This document shows positions 27,653-37,832 of a stretch of 55,525 nt of DNA, piece by piece. The translations under genes and the position numbers were made by a program. Below the pieces are notes generated by a model. It searched no databases, was not told where the DNA came from, and was given only the letters and a program-made list of their open reading frames with translations. Source of the DNA: a virus (Duplodnaviria > Caudoviricetes); IMG/VR virus record IMGVR_UViG_3300000116_000024, positions 1 to 55,525 of that record; one strand, given 5' to 3'. How positions within the stretch are numbered: the stretch's first letter is position 1; the number at the start of each line of letters is the position of its first letter.

Positions 27653-30600
27653 TTAGGTTTGACACGATGAAGGTTGAACTAATGTTGCTCCAGGTATTGG
27701 TTGATTTGAGCAAACGCTAACTGTTACACCAATTGCTACATTTAATGGTGTCCATTCATTTGTTTCACAAGCTTGATATCCTCCATTAAATGGACCAGTA
27801 ACATCATACTGATTACATTCTAACGGTACACAAATTTCAGTATCAACAATAACTCCATTTTCTACATTAAATACATAAGCATTAAAACCATTTTGGTAAG
27901 TGCTTTCTGTAGAATACCAACCATCTGGAACAAGAGTGCAATCAATTCCTGCACCATCATAAAGAACAGTATCTACATTTAAACCATCTGAAGAATTATA
28001 CATAAAACTTCTAAGTGTAGGAACTCTTGATGGTTGAGGGTCTCCAAAGACTAACGCTGCTGCACTACAAGCATCTTGAGCACTACCTGTACTTATTACT
28101 GGAGGATCTAGATTTTCTTGGTAACCTTCTAATAAAGAACTGTTTATTAAGCCAGAAGGTCTTGAACATGCTGTTGTAGTTGGAGGAATAACTATTGTTG
28201 CAGTTCCTGCTAGTGTACAATTTGTTAGGGTAAATATAGCATCTCCTATTTCACAATCCGCTTGTTGAGTTGTACTTGTAGTTGTAGTAAACAACGGTGG
28301 ACTTGTTGATGTACTTGTTGTAGTAATAGGTATTACAGGTCCTACTTCTCCAGCTATAACATCAAAATTAAGATCACAACAATCATTCTTTCCTGAATAG
28401 AAAAAAGCATTATCTGCTATATAAAAATTAGGAAGGTATGAGTGAAAAGATATCCAGCTTTTTATATTAAAGTCATAAGACATTGTCCATGACTTATTAC
28501 AGAAATACTTTTCGTTATGTAATGATATAGGTGTTCTTCCACGACTTACACTATTATAAAAGAAGTCACCTTCTTCATCGTACGCTATAGAATCTAACAA
28601 AGGAGCATAATCAAGTTTAGTAATGATTATTCTATCAAACTTACTATCGTATACACCATGTAAACCAATACCACTAAAAGCATTGTCTGTTTCTACATTA
28701 GGAAAAAATCTAAGTATATGAAACGGAAGCTCATCTTTCATGAACTTATTTACTCCAGAATTAAACGAAGTTAAATCAACAGCTTGACCAGCTATTATAA
28801 ATATTTGACCTCTCTTAGCATCAGCTGTAATTTGACCTTGTGGTATCTTTAATAAAAACTTATTTTGAGATCCTACATAACCAAGGTCTGTCTCAGCATA
28901 ATCAATTGGTGGAGCCCCATTAAATAATCTAGGATTTCCAACATAAGCTGCTTGAGGGTTACTTGTATCAATTGTTAATAGATTATTATACAGTAATGAT
29001 TTGTTTTCAAAACGAGCAAGTATTGCTTTGTTCTGAATACCATCTAATGATGTAAGGTTTCCAAAGTTTTGAGGAAAGTCAAAAAAGGAAAGTGCTCTAT
29101 ATACTAACCAGTTATTTACTCTATTGTCAGCATTTGTTGAAGCTGGATCAGAATAGATAGTTCTAAATGGGTAATTAGTAAAACATTCATCATCTTTCCA
29201 ATCAGCAGGAAGGTGTGAAAATGAATTTTCTTTATTTTGCTTAGAGAATGTTACATTATAATAATATGTATTGTCCTGAGCAATAGGTACATTAGTTTCT
29301 TGTACCCAATCATCAGGTATTCCTGAACTTACATGTGGCCAGAAATCTCCTTCTTTATTATTAAATGCTTGACGTAAATCTGTATTATATGTACTTTCAC
29401 AATAAAAACTAGGAACACCGTATGCAAAGTTATACATATATCCATCGTAGAAAGTTCTAGCTGAACCATTTGCAATAGTTGATGGATCAGTAGCACAATC
29501 AAAGTTGTGAGCTTTGTATGAAATTATATTTCTCATAGGAACATCACCATCACTTGTTACTAGATAATCTTCTAGTATAGATCTTGCTGAGTGCCAATAT
29601 TTTGGATATCCTACATTACCTATTTCATCATAAAATATATCACTGTCATCAGGGGCATTTACTCTGTTGTCAATAAAGAAAGGAAGTTTAGTTTTATATG
29701 CAAACTTTGAGATGAACACATCTCCACCAAAAACAATACCTGTATCTTCTCCAATAGTAGATGTAAATAAACTAGAGATTATTTCTTGATATCCTGTATC
29801 AATAGTTTGGTAAGAATATATTTGTCCCCATTGATTAGGAACTATATTCTTCATTGATGCATAATAAGAAAGTACAGAAATATCTCTTTCTTTAGCAGGT
29901 GTAGCACATGTACCACTTCCACATTCAGTACCAGTACCAGGATTAGAAGTAATTGTAAATCTAGAGTTATCAAAAATTTCAGATTGGTCACCAGTTGGAT
30001 TTATAGTAGGAGTATCTGTTGGAAGAGGTAGAGGAGGAACTGTTTCATCCTTATCTTCTGTTTTAACAAACACAGAACTCTCTCTATTCCAATTATTAAT
30101 ATCTAACTCATCTTTTCCTAATGATTGAACTCCAGGAATTAAGTATCTAGAAATATCAATTTCTCTTTGTTTAATACCTACATCTTGAGGACTTAACGTT
30201 AATGATGCACTATTTTCAATATCAAAAGAGTAATCATAACTAGCTCTAGAGTTAAATGACATTCCATAGTTTCTTCTAGTAATACCATTTATATAAATTG
30301 TAAGATATGATTGATACACTGTAAACATTACCCCAGCATTAAAATCAGTAAGATCTGCAACTTCTTCAGAACTTTCTAAAGCATCTTGTTGGGCTTCTTT
30401 AGAAAGCAGTTTATATTTAGCATTGTCTTTAACTTCTACAAAATGAGCTTTACCAGCTCCAAACATTACACTCTCTAACTTAAGTACACCACCTAAGAAA
30501 GGTTGTCCAAAAGATGTTTCAGGAGAGTTAAATATTTGTCTATTAGCACTTTCTGATTTTACAGGATCTTGAGGTGTTTCTATTTGACAATTTAGTGTAG

Positions 30601-33412
30601 ATATTCTACCTCTTTGATTTGTAGTAACTTGACCAATAGGCATTTCAATAGATTCTTGTAAACGTGAATCTCTAAAGTCATTGTTATAATCTGTAGCATA
30701 TGGATATGGACCACCTGTAGAAACTCTCACATATATACTTTCTCCACCACTTAACCATTCTTGTAAAAACTCATCAAATGTATTATCATTTGTAAAGGGA
30801 GTAGTCCAGTTGTATCTATACCCATTATCAATACCGCTATCAGCATCACCATAATAAACCTCATAGTTACCAGGACCAATTTCACATCTACCTTTTAATG
30901 TTGTAGGTTTTTCTGTTGAACAGAATTCAATTGTTTCACCTTTCTCAATGCACTTCTCTGCATATTTATTTGTGTTAATGTCACGAAATTGAATTACTGC
31001 ATAGTCTAATGCTGGATCGATTAACTCACAAGTAACTAACCAAGGCACAGCCTCATCGTAATAAGCATTGTTATTTTTTAAAATAAAAGGATCTTCTGCT
31101 AAATCATTATATGGATAATTTGGGTAATAGTAATCTTGCTCTTCTCTAGTATACTTATTTACGTTCCTAAGCATACCTTTAGCAACAATAGATCTATTAG
31201 TACCTCTGTCACCTCTTACTATCTTAAATCCAACTATATCAGCTTTTTGTTCTGCTGTTAAATTTGAAGATGCTATTAATGATTTTATCTGATTGTTATC
31301 TACTCTTATTCCAATTGGAAAAATACCATCATCACGAAGTTCAGGTTGAATTAAACTAATTCTTGGTACAACGTTTGGATCAACTGGACCTGTAGTTATA
31401 GAAGCTGTATAATTTAAGTCTACACCAAACTCATCTCTAAAGGTTGCTCTAACATACCAACTAACAGCAACTTGAGAAAGAAGTGTTAATTCATCAGAAA
31501 GAATTTCTACTATATATTCACCATCTGGAAATAAGTCTTGATATCCATTTTGACTTCCATAAATATATCTTTGTCCAGAACCAGTAGGTAATGAAGCTAG
31601 TACATCTCCATTATTTGCATTTACTACTCTTGCAGAGTATGAATCTCCAGAAGGTACTGAAACTGTTACACGAACTTGTGGGTCAGTATAAATTCCAATA
31701 TCAGCACTTCCAAAATCTATTTTTACTACAGATCCATTATAAGTAGTAGAACCTATAAGTTCTTGAGGATCCTGAGATTCATCACTTTCATTATAGCCTA
31801 CTTGCAACCATTCCCCATCAGAAAAAATTTCACCATTGTCTACAGGATCATCTTTTATTATTGGACCATTCTCAATAATTGGACTTACTAATACATCTGG
31901 AAACTTATGATGTCTAATTTTTTGTCCTGCTAGATCACCCCAAATATCATCATTACATGGGTACTCTTCTAAAGATTCCCAATAAGATAATTCACCATAT
32001 TGGTAAGGACCTTTATAGTTACGTGCGTTAGGATTATAATCTTCAGAGAATCCTATTACAGATCCTGTATTGTATATTTTCCATTGAGGTGAATATCCAA
32101 TGTTATTTTCTGTATACTCTGGTTCACCTATAAAATCATGATTCGTATCAGGTATAGGTATAAGATCTGTTTCATTACTTACTCTACCAGGAATATGGAA
32201 ACCATCTGTTTGCTTACCGTTCTTTAATAAAAATACAAGCTCAAACGCATACACTTCATCACGCATGTATCCACGTAAGTCTGTAGCATTTAACTCATCT
32301 GAGTAATCTTCTCCTGGTGGAATTCTATATGTCTCCCACTGAAAGTTTATATTTGTTGCAATTGATTGATAGTTAGTTCTATCTATAGAAGTGAGGTTAC
32401 TCCAAACAATAACATCTTGTACAGCAGTAACATCATCAGCTATATCATAATAAGGAAACTTTTCAAGTATGTCTAATGTAGAAAGTTGTATAGGAGTTTG
32501 ATTAGCTCCTGTATAAGTTATTTCTTTGGTAATCTCCTCAATGTTATATGTTCCAACAAGTTCTACCGAAGCAATGTTATTTATTGTTTTTATTACAGCT
32601 ATATTAAAATACTGAAATTGACCAGTTAGATCAAGGTTAGACACACCTACAACAATAGACTTTCCTACAGGATAGTTAAAATTAACTGATACTATATCTT
32701 CATCAGCAATAGGAAGTGGGTTAGTTATAGAATAATATGAAGTAAGTTCGTTTCCTGATGCATCTGCATATTGTATTCCAAATTGATATGTACCAGCAAC
32801 TAAGTTACCAGAACTATCTACTCTTACAATATCTAACTGAGGAAGAGAAAAGTTAGGTTGAAGCTTAAGTTGATTACAGTCTAATTCATCACCATATACA
32901 GGATCACAACTAGGTGTACCTCCTACAAGTTTGTAAGGAACGTTTTCAATATCTAAATAACGTCTTGGATTAACTCCATCTGTCCAGTATATCTCTGTAG
33001 TACAGTTAGTTATCCTATGTACAACTTTAGGAATAGTATTTTTTATGTTAAAGTTTAGACAAGGGGCGTTTACTAACGTTTGATATTTACAATCGTTATT
33101 ATCCATAAACCCAATCTCACTTTGTTCTGAAATAGAATTAACTAGAAAAAATATGTGTTTTCTTTTTTCCTGAATATAATGTTGACCAATAAGCTTGTAT
33201 CCTGCTGGAAACTTAAGACACAACTCATTACCTAATTCATTTTGGTAACTTACAGAATTATCGTCAAAGTTCTCAACAGCAGCATTTAGAGCATAAGTAA
33301 CCTTACCTGGTCCAACTTGACTAGTAGAACTATCCAAGTTTAAACCTCCTTGAGCACTATTAGCATTAAGCCTTATATTTCCTAATTCTTTTTTCTTCTT
33401 ATCTTCAGCCAT
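27653..33412 (-). CDS. Muzzle / tail stabilisation protein (crAss-like), with inserted domains
   Basis: 1919 aa. GLNLDS...YALNA N-terminus, GTYQFGIQYAD, GYMRDEVYAF, IRHHKFP, FGGDVFI, WTMSYD...WISFHSYLPN. Follows the ring/IHF genes as in crAss-like phages. Confidence 0.8.
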   Translation of the reverse strand: MAEDKKKKELGNIRLNANSAQGGLNLDSSTSQVGPGKVTYALNAAVENFDDNSVSYQNELGNELCLKFPAGYKLIGQHYIQEKRKHIFFLVNSISEQSEIGFMDNNDCKYQTLVNAPCLNFNIKNTIPKVVHRITNCTTEIYWTDGVNPRRYLDIENVPYKLVGGTPSCDPVYGDELDCNQLKLQPNFSLPQLDIVRVDSSGNLVAGTYQFGIQYADASGNELTSYYSITNPLPIADEDIVSVNFNYPVGKSIVVGVSNLDLTGQFQYFNIAVIKTINNIASVELVGTYNIEEITKEITYTGANQTPIQLSTLDILEKFPYYDIADDVTAVQDVIVWSNLTSIDRTNYQSIATNINFQWETYRIPPGEDYSDELNATDLRGYMRDEVYAFELVFLLKNGKQTDGFHIPGRVSNETDLIPIPDTNHDFIGEPEYTENNIGYSPQWKIYNTGSVIGFSEDYNPNARNYKGPYQYGELSYWESLEEYPCNDDIWGDLAGQKIRHHKFPDVLVSPIIENGPIIKDDPVDNGEIFSDGEWLQVGYNESDESQDPQELIGSTTYNGSVVKIDFGSADIGIYTDPQVRVTVSVPSGDSYSARVVNANNGDVLASLPTGSGQRYIYGSQNGYQDLFPDGEYIVEILSDELTLLSQVAVSWYVRATFRDEFGVDLNYTASITTGPVDPNVVPRISLIQPELRDDGIFPIGIRVDNNQIKSLIASSNLTAEQKADIVGFKIVRGDRGTNRSIVAKGMLRNVNKYTREEQDYYYPNYPYNDLAEDPFILKNNNAYYDEAVPWLVTCELIDPALDYAVIQFRDINTNKYAEKCIEKGETIEFCSTEKPTTLKGRCEIGPGNYEVYYGDADSGIDNGYRYNWTTPFTNDNTFDEFLQEWLSGGESIYVRVSTGGPYPYATDYNNDFRDSRLQESIEMPIGQVTTNQRGRISTLNCQIETPQDPVKSESANRQIFNSPETSFGQPFLGGVLKLESVMFGAGKAHFVEVKDNAKYKLLSKEAQQDALESSEEVADLTDFNAGVMFTVYQSYLTIYINGITRRNYGMSFNSRASYDYSFDIENSASLTLSPQDVGIKQREIDISRYLIPGVQSLGKDELDINNWNRESSVFVKTEDKDETVPPLPLPTDTPTINPTGDQSEIFDNSRFTITSNPGTGTECGSGTCATPAKERDISVLSYYASMKNIVPNQWGQIYSYQTIDTGYQEIISSLFTSTIGEDTGIVFGGDVFISKFAYKTKLPFFIDNRVNAPDDSDIFYDEIGNVGYPKYWHSARSILEDYLVTSDGDVPMRNIISYKAHNFDCATDPSTIANGSARTFYDGYMYNFAYGVPSFYCESTYNTDLRQAFNNKEGDFWPHVSSGIPDDWVQETNVPIAQDNTYYYNVTFSKQNKENSFSHLPADWKDDECFTNYPFRTIYSDPASTNADNRVNNWLVYRALSFFDFPQNFGNLTSLDGIQNKAILARFENKSLLYNNLLTIDTSNPQAAYVGNPRLFNGAPPIDYAETDLGYVGSQNKFLLKIPQGQITADAKRGQIFIIAGQAVDLTSFNSGVNKFMKDELPFHILRFFPNVETDNAFSGIGLHGVYDSKFDRIIITKLDYAPLLDSIAYDEEGDFFYNSVSRGRTPISLHNEKYFCNKSWTMSYDFNIKSWISFHSYLPNFYIADNAFFYSGKNDCCDLNFDVIAGEVGPVIPITTTSTSTSPPLFTTTTSTTQQADCEIGDAIFTLTNCTLAGTATIVIPPTTTACSRPSGLINSSLLEGYQENLDPPVISTGSAQDACSAAALVFGDPQPSRVPTLRSFMYNSSDGLNVDTVLYDGAGIDCTLVPDGWYSTESTYQNGFNAYVFNVENGVIVDTEICVPLECNQYDVTGPFNGGYQACETNEWTPLNVAIGVTVSVCSNQPIPGATLVQPSSCQT

Positions 33413-33417
33413 AGCTC

Positions 33418-34386
33418 TTAGTTATTGCGTCTTCTACCGTATCTGTTAGTTCGGTTAGGAAGTTCATACTTATTGAACCTATTTAAATCTTTTTTAATTC
33501 TTCTTTGCTTTTCCCAAGATGTTTGTTTCTTAGATTCAGTAAAGGCCATTATCCAAGCTTCATCACTAAGTTGCTTATAATAAGCTAACTTTGATTGTAA
33601 CTGATTAAACGTTTCATCATTAGTTTGATTAGTTAACGTTTCAAATACTTTATACTTAATAAAAGCTTCAACATATTCTGCAATCCTATAGTTATCTGGT
33701 ATCATTTGATTACCTGTATCATCATAGTCTGTAGAATAGAATAATAAATGAACCACAGCATGTCTGAAGTTAGTTACAAACTTATTGTCTCTAATATCAA
33801 AACTATCAATACTTGAAGAGTGAGGGGTAAATTGACCAACAGGTGGTGCAAAGTTGTTCCAATCATTTCTATAATTTACATCACACTGTTGTCTTGCAGA
33901 TATATTTCCTGGCTTAAGCAAGTAGTCATACCTATAAGATCTTGCAATCTCATTGTTTGTTTTGTATACAGCTTGAACAAGCTCAGGCATACACGTACCA
34001 TCACAAGATGGATGTTGACATGCAGAGTTATCACAAGGTGTACCACCAATAGTTAAAGGTGATATTTGAATGGTTGTTGCATTTGCAGCTTGAGAATAAA
34101 AAGATGTTGCAGAGGGGTAAGGGTTACCTGGAACTTCAGCACACATCCAAGCCTCTCTAACAGCATGAAAGTTATCTGGTAACCTTGCTTGAAAATCTTC
34201 TACAAATAAAACTTGCTCATCTATTTTGTAACTTGTTTTACCTAGCTTATTTAAACACTTGTTCAAATATGTTGGAAACAATAAATCATCTACAGCTCCT
34301 GTATCAAAGTAACTCTTAAGTTCTTCTTTTACTGTAGCGTAGATGGGTTCTGGTGATACAAAATTATATTTATGATAATATGACAT
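33418..34386 (-). CDS. Tail ring/tubular protein
   Basis: 322 aa. ARLPDNF, VHLLFYS...DDTGNQMIPDN...YVEAFIKYK pattern. Lies between the IHF-like gene and the muzzle gene. Confidence 0.7.
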   Translation of the reverse strand: MSYYHKYNFVSPEPIYATVKEELKSYFDTGAVDDLLFPTYLNKCLNKLGKTSYKIDEQVLFVEDFQARLPDNFHAVREAWMCAEVPGNPYPSATSFYSQAANATTIQISPLTIGGTPCDNSACQHPSCDGTCMPELVQAVYKTNNEIARSYRYDYLLKPGNISARQQCDVNYRNDWNNFAPPVGQFTPHSSSIDSFDIRDNKFVTNFRHAVVHLLFYSTDYDDTGNQMIPDNYRIAEYVEAFIKYKVFETLTNQTNDETFNQLQSKLAYYKQLSDEAWIMAFTESKKQTSWEKQRRIKKDLNRFNKYELPNRTNRYGRRRNN

Positions 34387-34388
34387 TT

Positions 34389-34874
34389 CTAAAATCTTTT
34401 AGTCCATTCGTTATATATGTGTTGGTATTTTTTATCAGTAGTTACATAATGAGATAGTAATCTAGATGTTACTCTTGATGGTTTAAAAAACCAACATGTT
34501 GAGTGTCTAAATCTTGCAGTATCTCTAAACCACATCCAACCAAAAAAGTAACCTTCTGTATGATAGTTAAAGTTATAAATGTGTTTACCTTTCTCTCTAG
34601 TTTTCTTCCAGTCAATAGGTAAATTTATAAAGTCTTTCTCACCATTAGATTTAATTCTTTTTCTCTTCTTCTTGTTTATTGAAAACTCTCCAAATCCACA
34701 AGGTAATCTTTGCTTTTCACCTGTCTCTAGGATATGATGTTTAAACTGTTCGTTAAACTCATATATAATATTTTTCCATTCCTCAAAGGTTAGGCTTACA
34801 AGTGGATGAGTTTTACAAAAATCTTTGTAATTATCTTTACTTGCGCTTCTCCAGTCTACTGCAACTCTTGGCAT
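34389..34874 (-). CDS. IHF/HU-like protein (crAss-like tail-module IHF homologue)
   Basis: 161 aa, basic. ILETGEKQRLPCGFGEFSINK, IDWKKT, HTEGY and FKPSR motifs. Confidence 0.75.
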   Translation of the reverse strand: MPRVAVDWRSASKDNYKDFCKTHPLVSLTFEEWKNIIYEFNEQFKHHILETGEKQRLPCGFGEFSINKKKRKRIKSNGEKDFINLPIDWKKTREKGKHIYNFNYHTEGYFFGWMWFRDTARFRHSTCWFFKPSRVTSRLLSHYVTTDKKYQHIYNEWTKRF

Positions 34875-34878
34875 TTAT

Positions 34879-35604
34879 TTAGTTTGTTGGTTGTGCGTTT
34901 GGTGCTTGTCCGTCTATTCCTTCATTACTCATATCAGACTTAATATTAAAGTACGTCTGTAAGAGCTTCTGTGAGGTCATAGCTAACGTTTGTTGTTCTA
35001 AGTATCCAGGAATGAAAGATTGTTTGTCTAAGGGGTTCATACAGTACTCATCTAGTGTGTAGCTTGTACCACATTCACAATCTGGATACATTATGTCTTT
35101 TGGCACATCTTCTTCAAGAAATGCTACAAATCTTACAGAGATTAACAAAGGGTTACTCACATATAAGTATCCATTAGATATCCAAAAATAGCTTTCTTTT
35201 TTTATGATAGGAAGCTTTAATAAGTTTAAATATCTATTTACAGTAATTTCTTTTATTTTAGTACCGTTTCCTCCCATAGCATTTATTGAATAAACACCTT
35301 GTATTACGTATTGATAATTACCTTCAGACACTTTAGGAATCTTATGTTTTGATCTTGCCACTGTACAAGGATCAACATAGTCACAACACTCAGAGATAGG
35401 AACTTCTATCATTTCTAAACAAGGAATAGTGGTAAATAAAGTATCACTAGCCCATAACCTTCTTAAATTAGTTTCTCTTTTAATTAAAGTTATTGCATTA
35501 TTTTTAACTTCAGAGGCTATTGCTCTGTCAGTTATGCGTGCATCAGTAGATAAGATCTTGTGTGTTGATCTTACATCTGAAACTAATTTCCTAAGTGTTG
35601 ACAT
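34879..35604 (-). CDS. Tail ring/connector structural protein
   Basis: 241 aa. MSTLRKLVSDVR...CLEMIEV...YFWISNGYLYV...FIPGYL. Gene order matches the crAss-like ring protein. Confidence 0.65.
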   Translation of the reverse strand: MSTLRKLVSDVRSTHKILSTDARITDRAIASEVKNNAITLIKRETNLRRLWASDTLFTTIPCLEMIEVPISECCDYVDPCTVARSKHKIPKVSEGNYQYVIQGVYSINAMGGNGTKIKEITVNRYLNLLKLPIIKKESYFWISNGYLYVSNPLLISVRFVAFLEEDVPKDIMYPDCECGTSYTLDEYCMNPLDKQSFIPGYLEQQTLAMTSQKLLQTYFNIKSDMSNEGIDGQAPNAQPTN

Positions 35605-35606
35605 AA

Positions 35607-36851
35607 TTATATTCTTTTTTCAAATTCACAAACTTTACCTTGCTCTTTGTCATATCCTAAAAGCAGTGCAGCTCGTATAGAGTGTACATATCCACTATCT
35701 CTATGCCATCTATCAGCATCTGATAAACTAGGCATCTGTTGTATTCTACAACCTTTTACTTCTTTAGCCATATAGTGATGCTTATCACCTGTATGAACTT
35801 CTTGGTATTTAGAGTTTCCAAACATCTTTCCCCAAACTGAATGAGTTGCAAATAGTAATGGTAAAGATTCTATTTTACAATTTCCATGATGGTAACCAAT
35901 AAATGTGTTTCCTAAAGTTAATGCTTTTACTGGAGAACTATCTCTTATAAACTCTACATCTTTATCATCTGAAAAGTAAATATCTAAAGCATGTGCTAAA
36001 TAGAATGATTTAGTTTTATCATGATTACCTGGAACAAGCACAACAATCACCTTATTAGAATATGTTCTTTGAATATTAATAGAGTCTATTAGCATTGAAA
36101 AGCCTAACTCATATTCTGAATCATACTCCATAATAGTATCTTGTGGAGTTCCTTGTGTAGTTTGGTTCTGATAGTTATCTGTATGGAAGAAATCATTTGA
36201 TATTGGAAATACAACTGTATCTATATTATAGACCTTTGAGGTTTTAACCATTAAGTCTTCAGTCATGTCGTGAAATAACTTAACACGTTTACCTATATCA
36301 TTGTTTCCTTCAATGTATCTTTTGGCCAAGTGGAAATCAGAAATAGAAAGCTCTACGTCTATTGTATCCTTACCTGACTCTAATTTAGTTTTGTTTATTT
36401 CTATCTTCTTAGGTACAAAGTTTTTTAGAAATATTGAAAAGTCTTCAGCTGTATAATCTGATGGGCCTTTTCTTTTTGAGAATATAGAAGATGTAAACTT
36501 ACCACTTGGTAACATCTTAGACCAATAGTTTGTAATTATATATTCTTCTAAGTTTATCTTATGAAGCTTTGCTAATTCTATATGGTCCTTAGGTTCATAA
36601 TCAGAAGTAACTGTACTTTCAACTGTACCTTTTTCTACATTTACTTTTTTTACAACTTCATTATATCCTTTTCCTGAATTTGCTTTTGATAAAAACTGAT
36701 CACCATCACCTTCTCCTTTATCTCTTATCTCTTTAATTAAATCAATAACTTCTTGTTCAGTAATGTTTAGCTTTTCAGCATAAAACTTTTTACTCTTTTT
36801 CCAATGTAATAAATTCTTTAACTTAAGTAGTAGCTGTGGATCGTTTATCAT
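35607..36851 (-). CDS. Calcineurin-like metallophosphoesterase with N-terminal HTH-like segment
   Basis: 414 aa. Motifs SDFH, NDFFHTDN, GNHD, YHHG, HTGDKHH. N-terminal YAEKLNITEQEV. Confidence 0.85.
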   Translation of the reverse strand: MINDPQLLLKLKNLLHWKKSKKFYAEKLNITEQEVIDLIKEIRDKGEGDGDQFLSKANSGKGYNEVVKKVNVEKGTVESTVTSDYEPKDHIELAKLHKINLEEYIITNYWSKMLPSGKFTSSIFSKRKGPSDYTAEDFSIFLKNFVPKKIEINKTKLESGKDTIDVELSISDFHLAKRYIEGNNDIGKRVKLFHDMTEDLMVKTSKVYNIDTVVFPISNDFFHTDNYQNQTTQGTPQDTIMEYDSEYELGFSMLIDSINIQRTYSNKVIVVLVPGNHDKTKSFYLAHALDIYFSDDKDVEFIRDSSPVKALTLGNTFIGYHHGNCKIESLPLLFATHSVWGKMFGNSKYQEVHTGDKHHYMAKEVKGCRIQQMPSLSDADRWHRDSGYVHSIRAALLLGYDKEQGKVCEFEKRI

Positions 36852-36873
36852 GGTTTAAAATTTACAAATATCG

Positions 36874-36906
36874 TAAAGATATAAAAATTATTTTGCATAT
36901 CTCAAT
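36874..36906 (-). promoter_or_regulatory. Possible Bacteroidota-type promoter (variant)
   Basis: ATTG-N21-TATCTTTA on the minus strand, 22 nt upstream of the phosphoesterase ATG and just downstream of a terminator. Confidence 0.4.
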
Positions 36907-36953
36907 AAAATTGACTATAGCTACTTTTATTTATAATTAACTATGTTAGAAAT

Positions 36954-37015
36954 AAAAACTCCCAAGGGACTAGCCCTCAGGAGAAAAACCTTGTAAACCA
37001 ACAAAACAAGGTTTT
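36954..37015 (-). terminator. Tandem hairpins / intrinsic terminator
   Basis: Minus strand AAAACCTTGT..ACAAGGTTTT, then CTCCTGAGGG-CTAGT-CCCTTGGGAG followed by TTTTTATTT. Confidence 0.75.
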
Positions 37016-37029
37016 AAGTATGGTTTATA

Positions 37030-37509
37030 TTAAGACGATTTAGCTTGTGTAACTATCCATTGAGTTCCGTCTGACCAAACAGTAACACCATTAAATGGTT
37101 TATTTAATGTATAGAATCCAGGATTTATATCTCCATCTATACGCTCCCCAACAGGTGCTAATACATGAACCTTATCATTAGCAGATAATGTACCATCTGA
37201 TATTATTTGTATATTTCTATATGGAATATCTGTAGCTGAAGGCAATGTAAGATTATATGTTCCAGAACCACCTGACCAACTTAAGTAAATAATATTTTTA
37301 TCATCAGAGTAAGATGATGAACCTCCTGGCGTAGCTGTTATTAAAAAAGGTGGCTGAGTATTAATTTTATTATTTGCCCAAAGAAAAAGCTCACTTAAAA
37401 GTATCTTTTTAGATTGATTTACGGATACATCTACTACATAAAAAGGATCAGCACCACTTAGTTGATCAGCTGTTATAGGTGTTAAGTCTGTTAATTTATT
37501 GCTTGCCAT
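37030..37509 (-). CDS. Putative short fibre/appendage protein
   Basis: 159 aa. KLTDL...DPFYVVD...KKILLSEL N-terminus and LTLPSA...IDG...SDGTQW C-terminal domain, typical of phage fibre tips. Confidence 0.55.
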   Translation of the reverse strand: MASNKLTDLTPITADQLSGADPFYVVDVSVNQSKKILLSELFLWANNKINTQPPFLITATPGGSSSYSDDKNIIYLSWSGGSGTYNLTLPSATDIPYRNIQIISDGTLSANDKVHVLAPVGERIDGDINPGFYTLNKPFNGVTVWSDGTQWIVTQAKSS

Positions 37510-37831
37510 TTTGTATTTCTATAAAGTTAGTATTTTGTTGCTCTAATGGTTCTTCAGTTTGTAAAAGTAATACTGAAATTTGAATTGTTGTACTTGTAGT
37601 TGTTGTTGTAGCAGGTACAGATATATCAATTGACACATCACACAACACTGTTGTAGACAAAGCTCTTATAATAGTAGTACCATCTGGTATATTATCACTT
37701 GGAAATCCATTTATTAATTGTTGTCTAGAAACATTAGTTTCAAATGCTGATGTATAATTATCTACATCTGAAAATAACAAAAAGTTATCAGCATCTGCTC
37801 CTATGATTAATATTTGTATTATTCCTGTCAT
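37496..37831 (-). CDS. Small virion protein: ~70-aa module + poly-Thr linker
   Basis: Start reassigned to the ATG at 37831 (MTGIIQIL...), giving 111 aa. This start aligns with paralogous N-termini and avoids overlap with the upstream gene. Confidence 0.7.
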   Translation of the reverse strand: MTGIIQILIIGADADNFLLFSDVDNYTSAFETNVSRQQLINGFPSDNIPDGTTIIRALSTTVLCDVSIDISVPATTTTTSTTIQISVLLLQTEEPLEQQNTNFIEIQNGKQ

Positions 37832-37832
37832 A

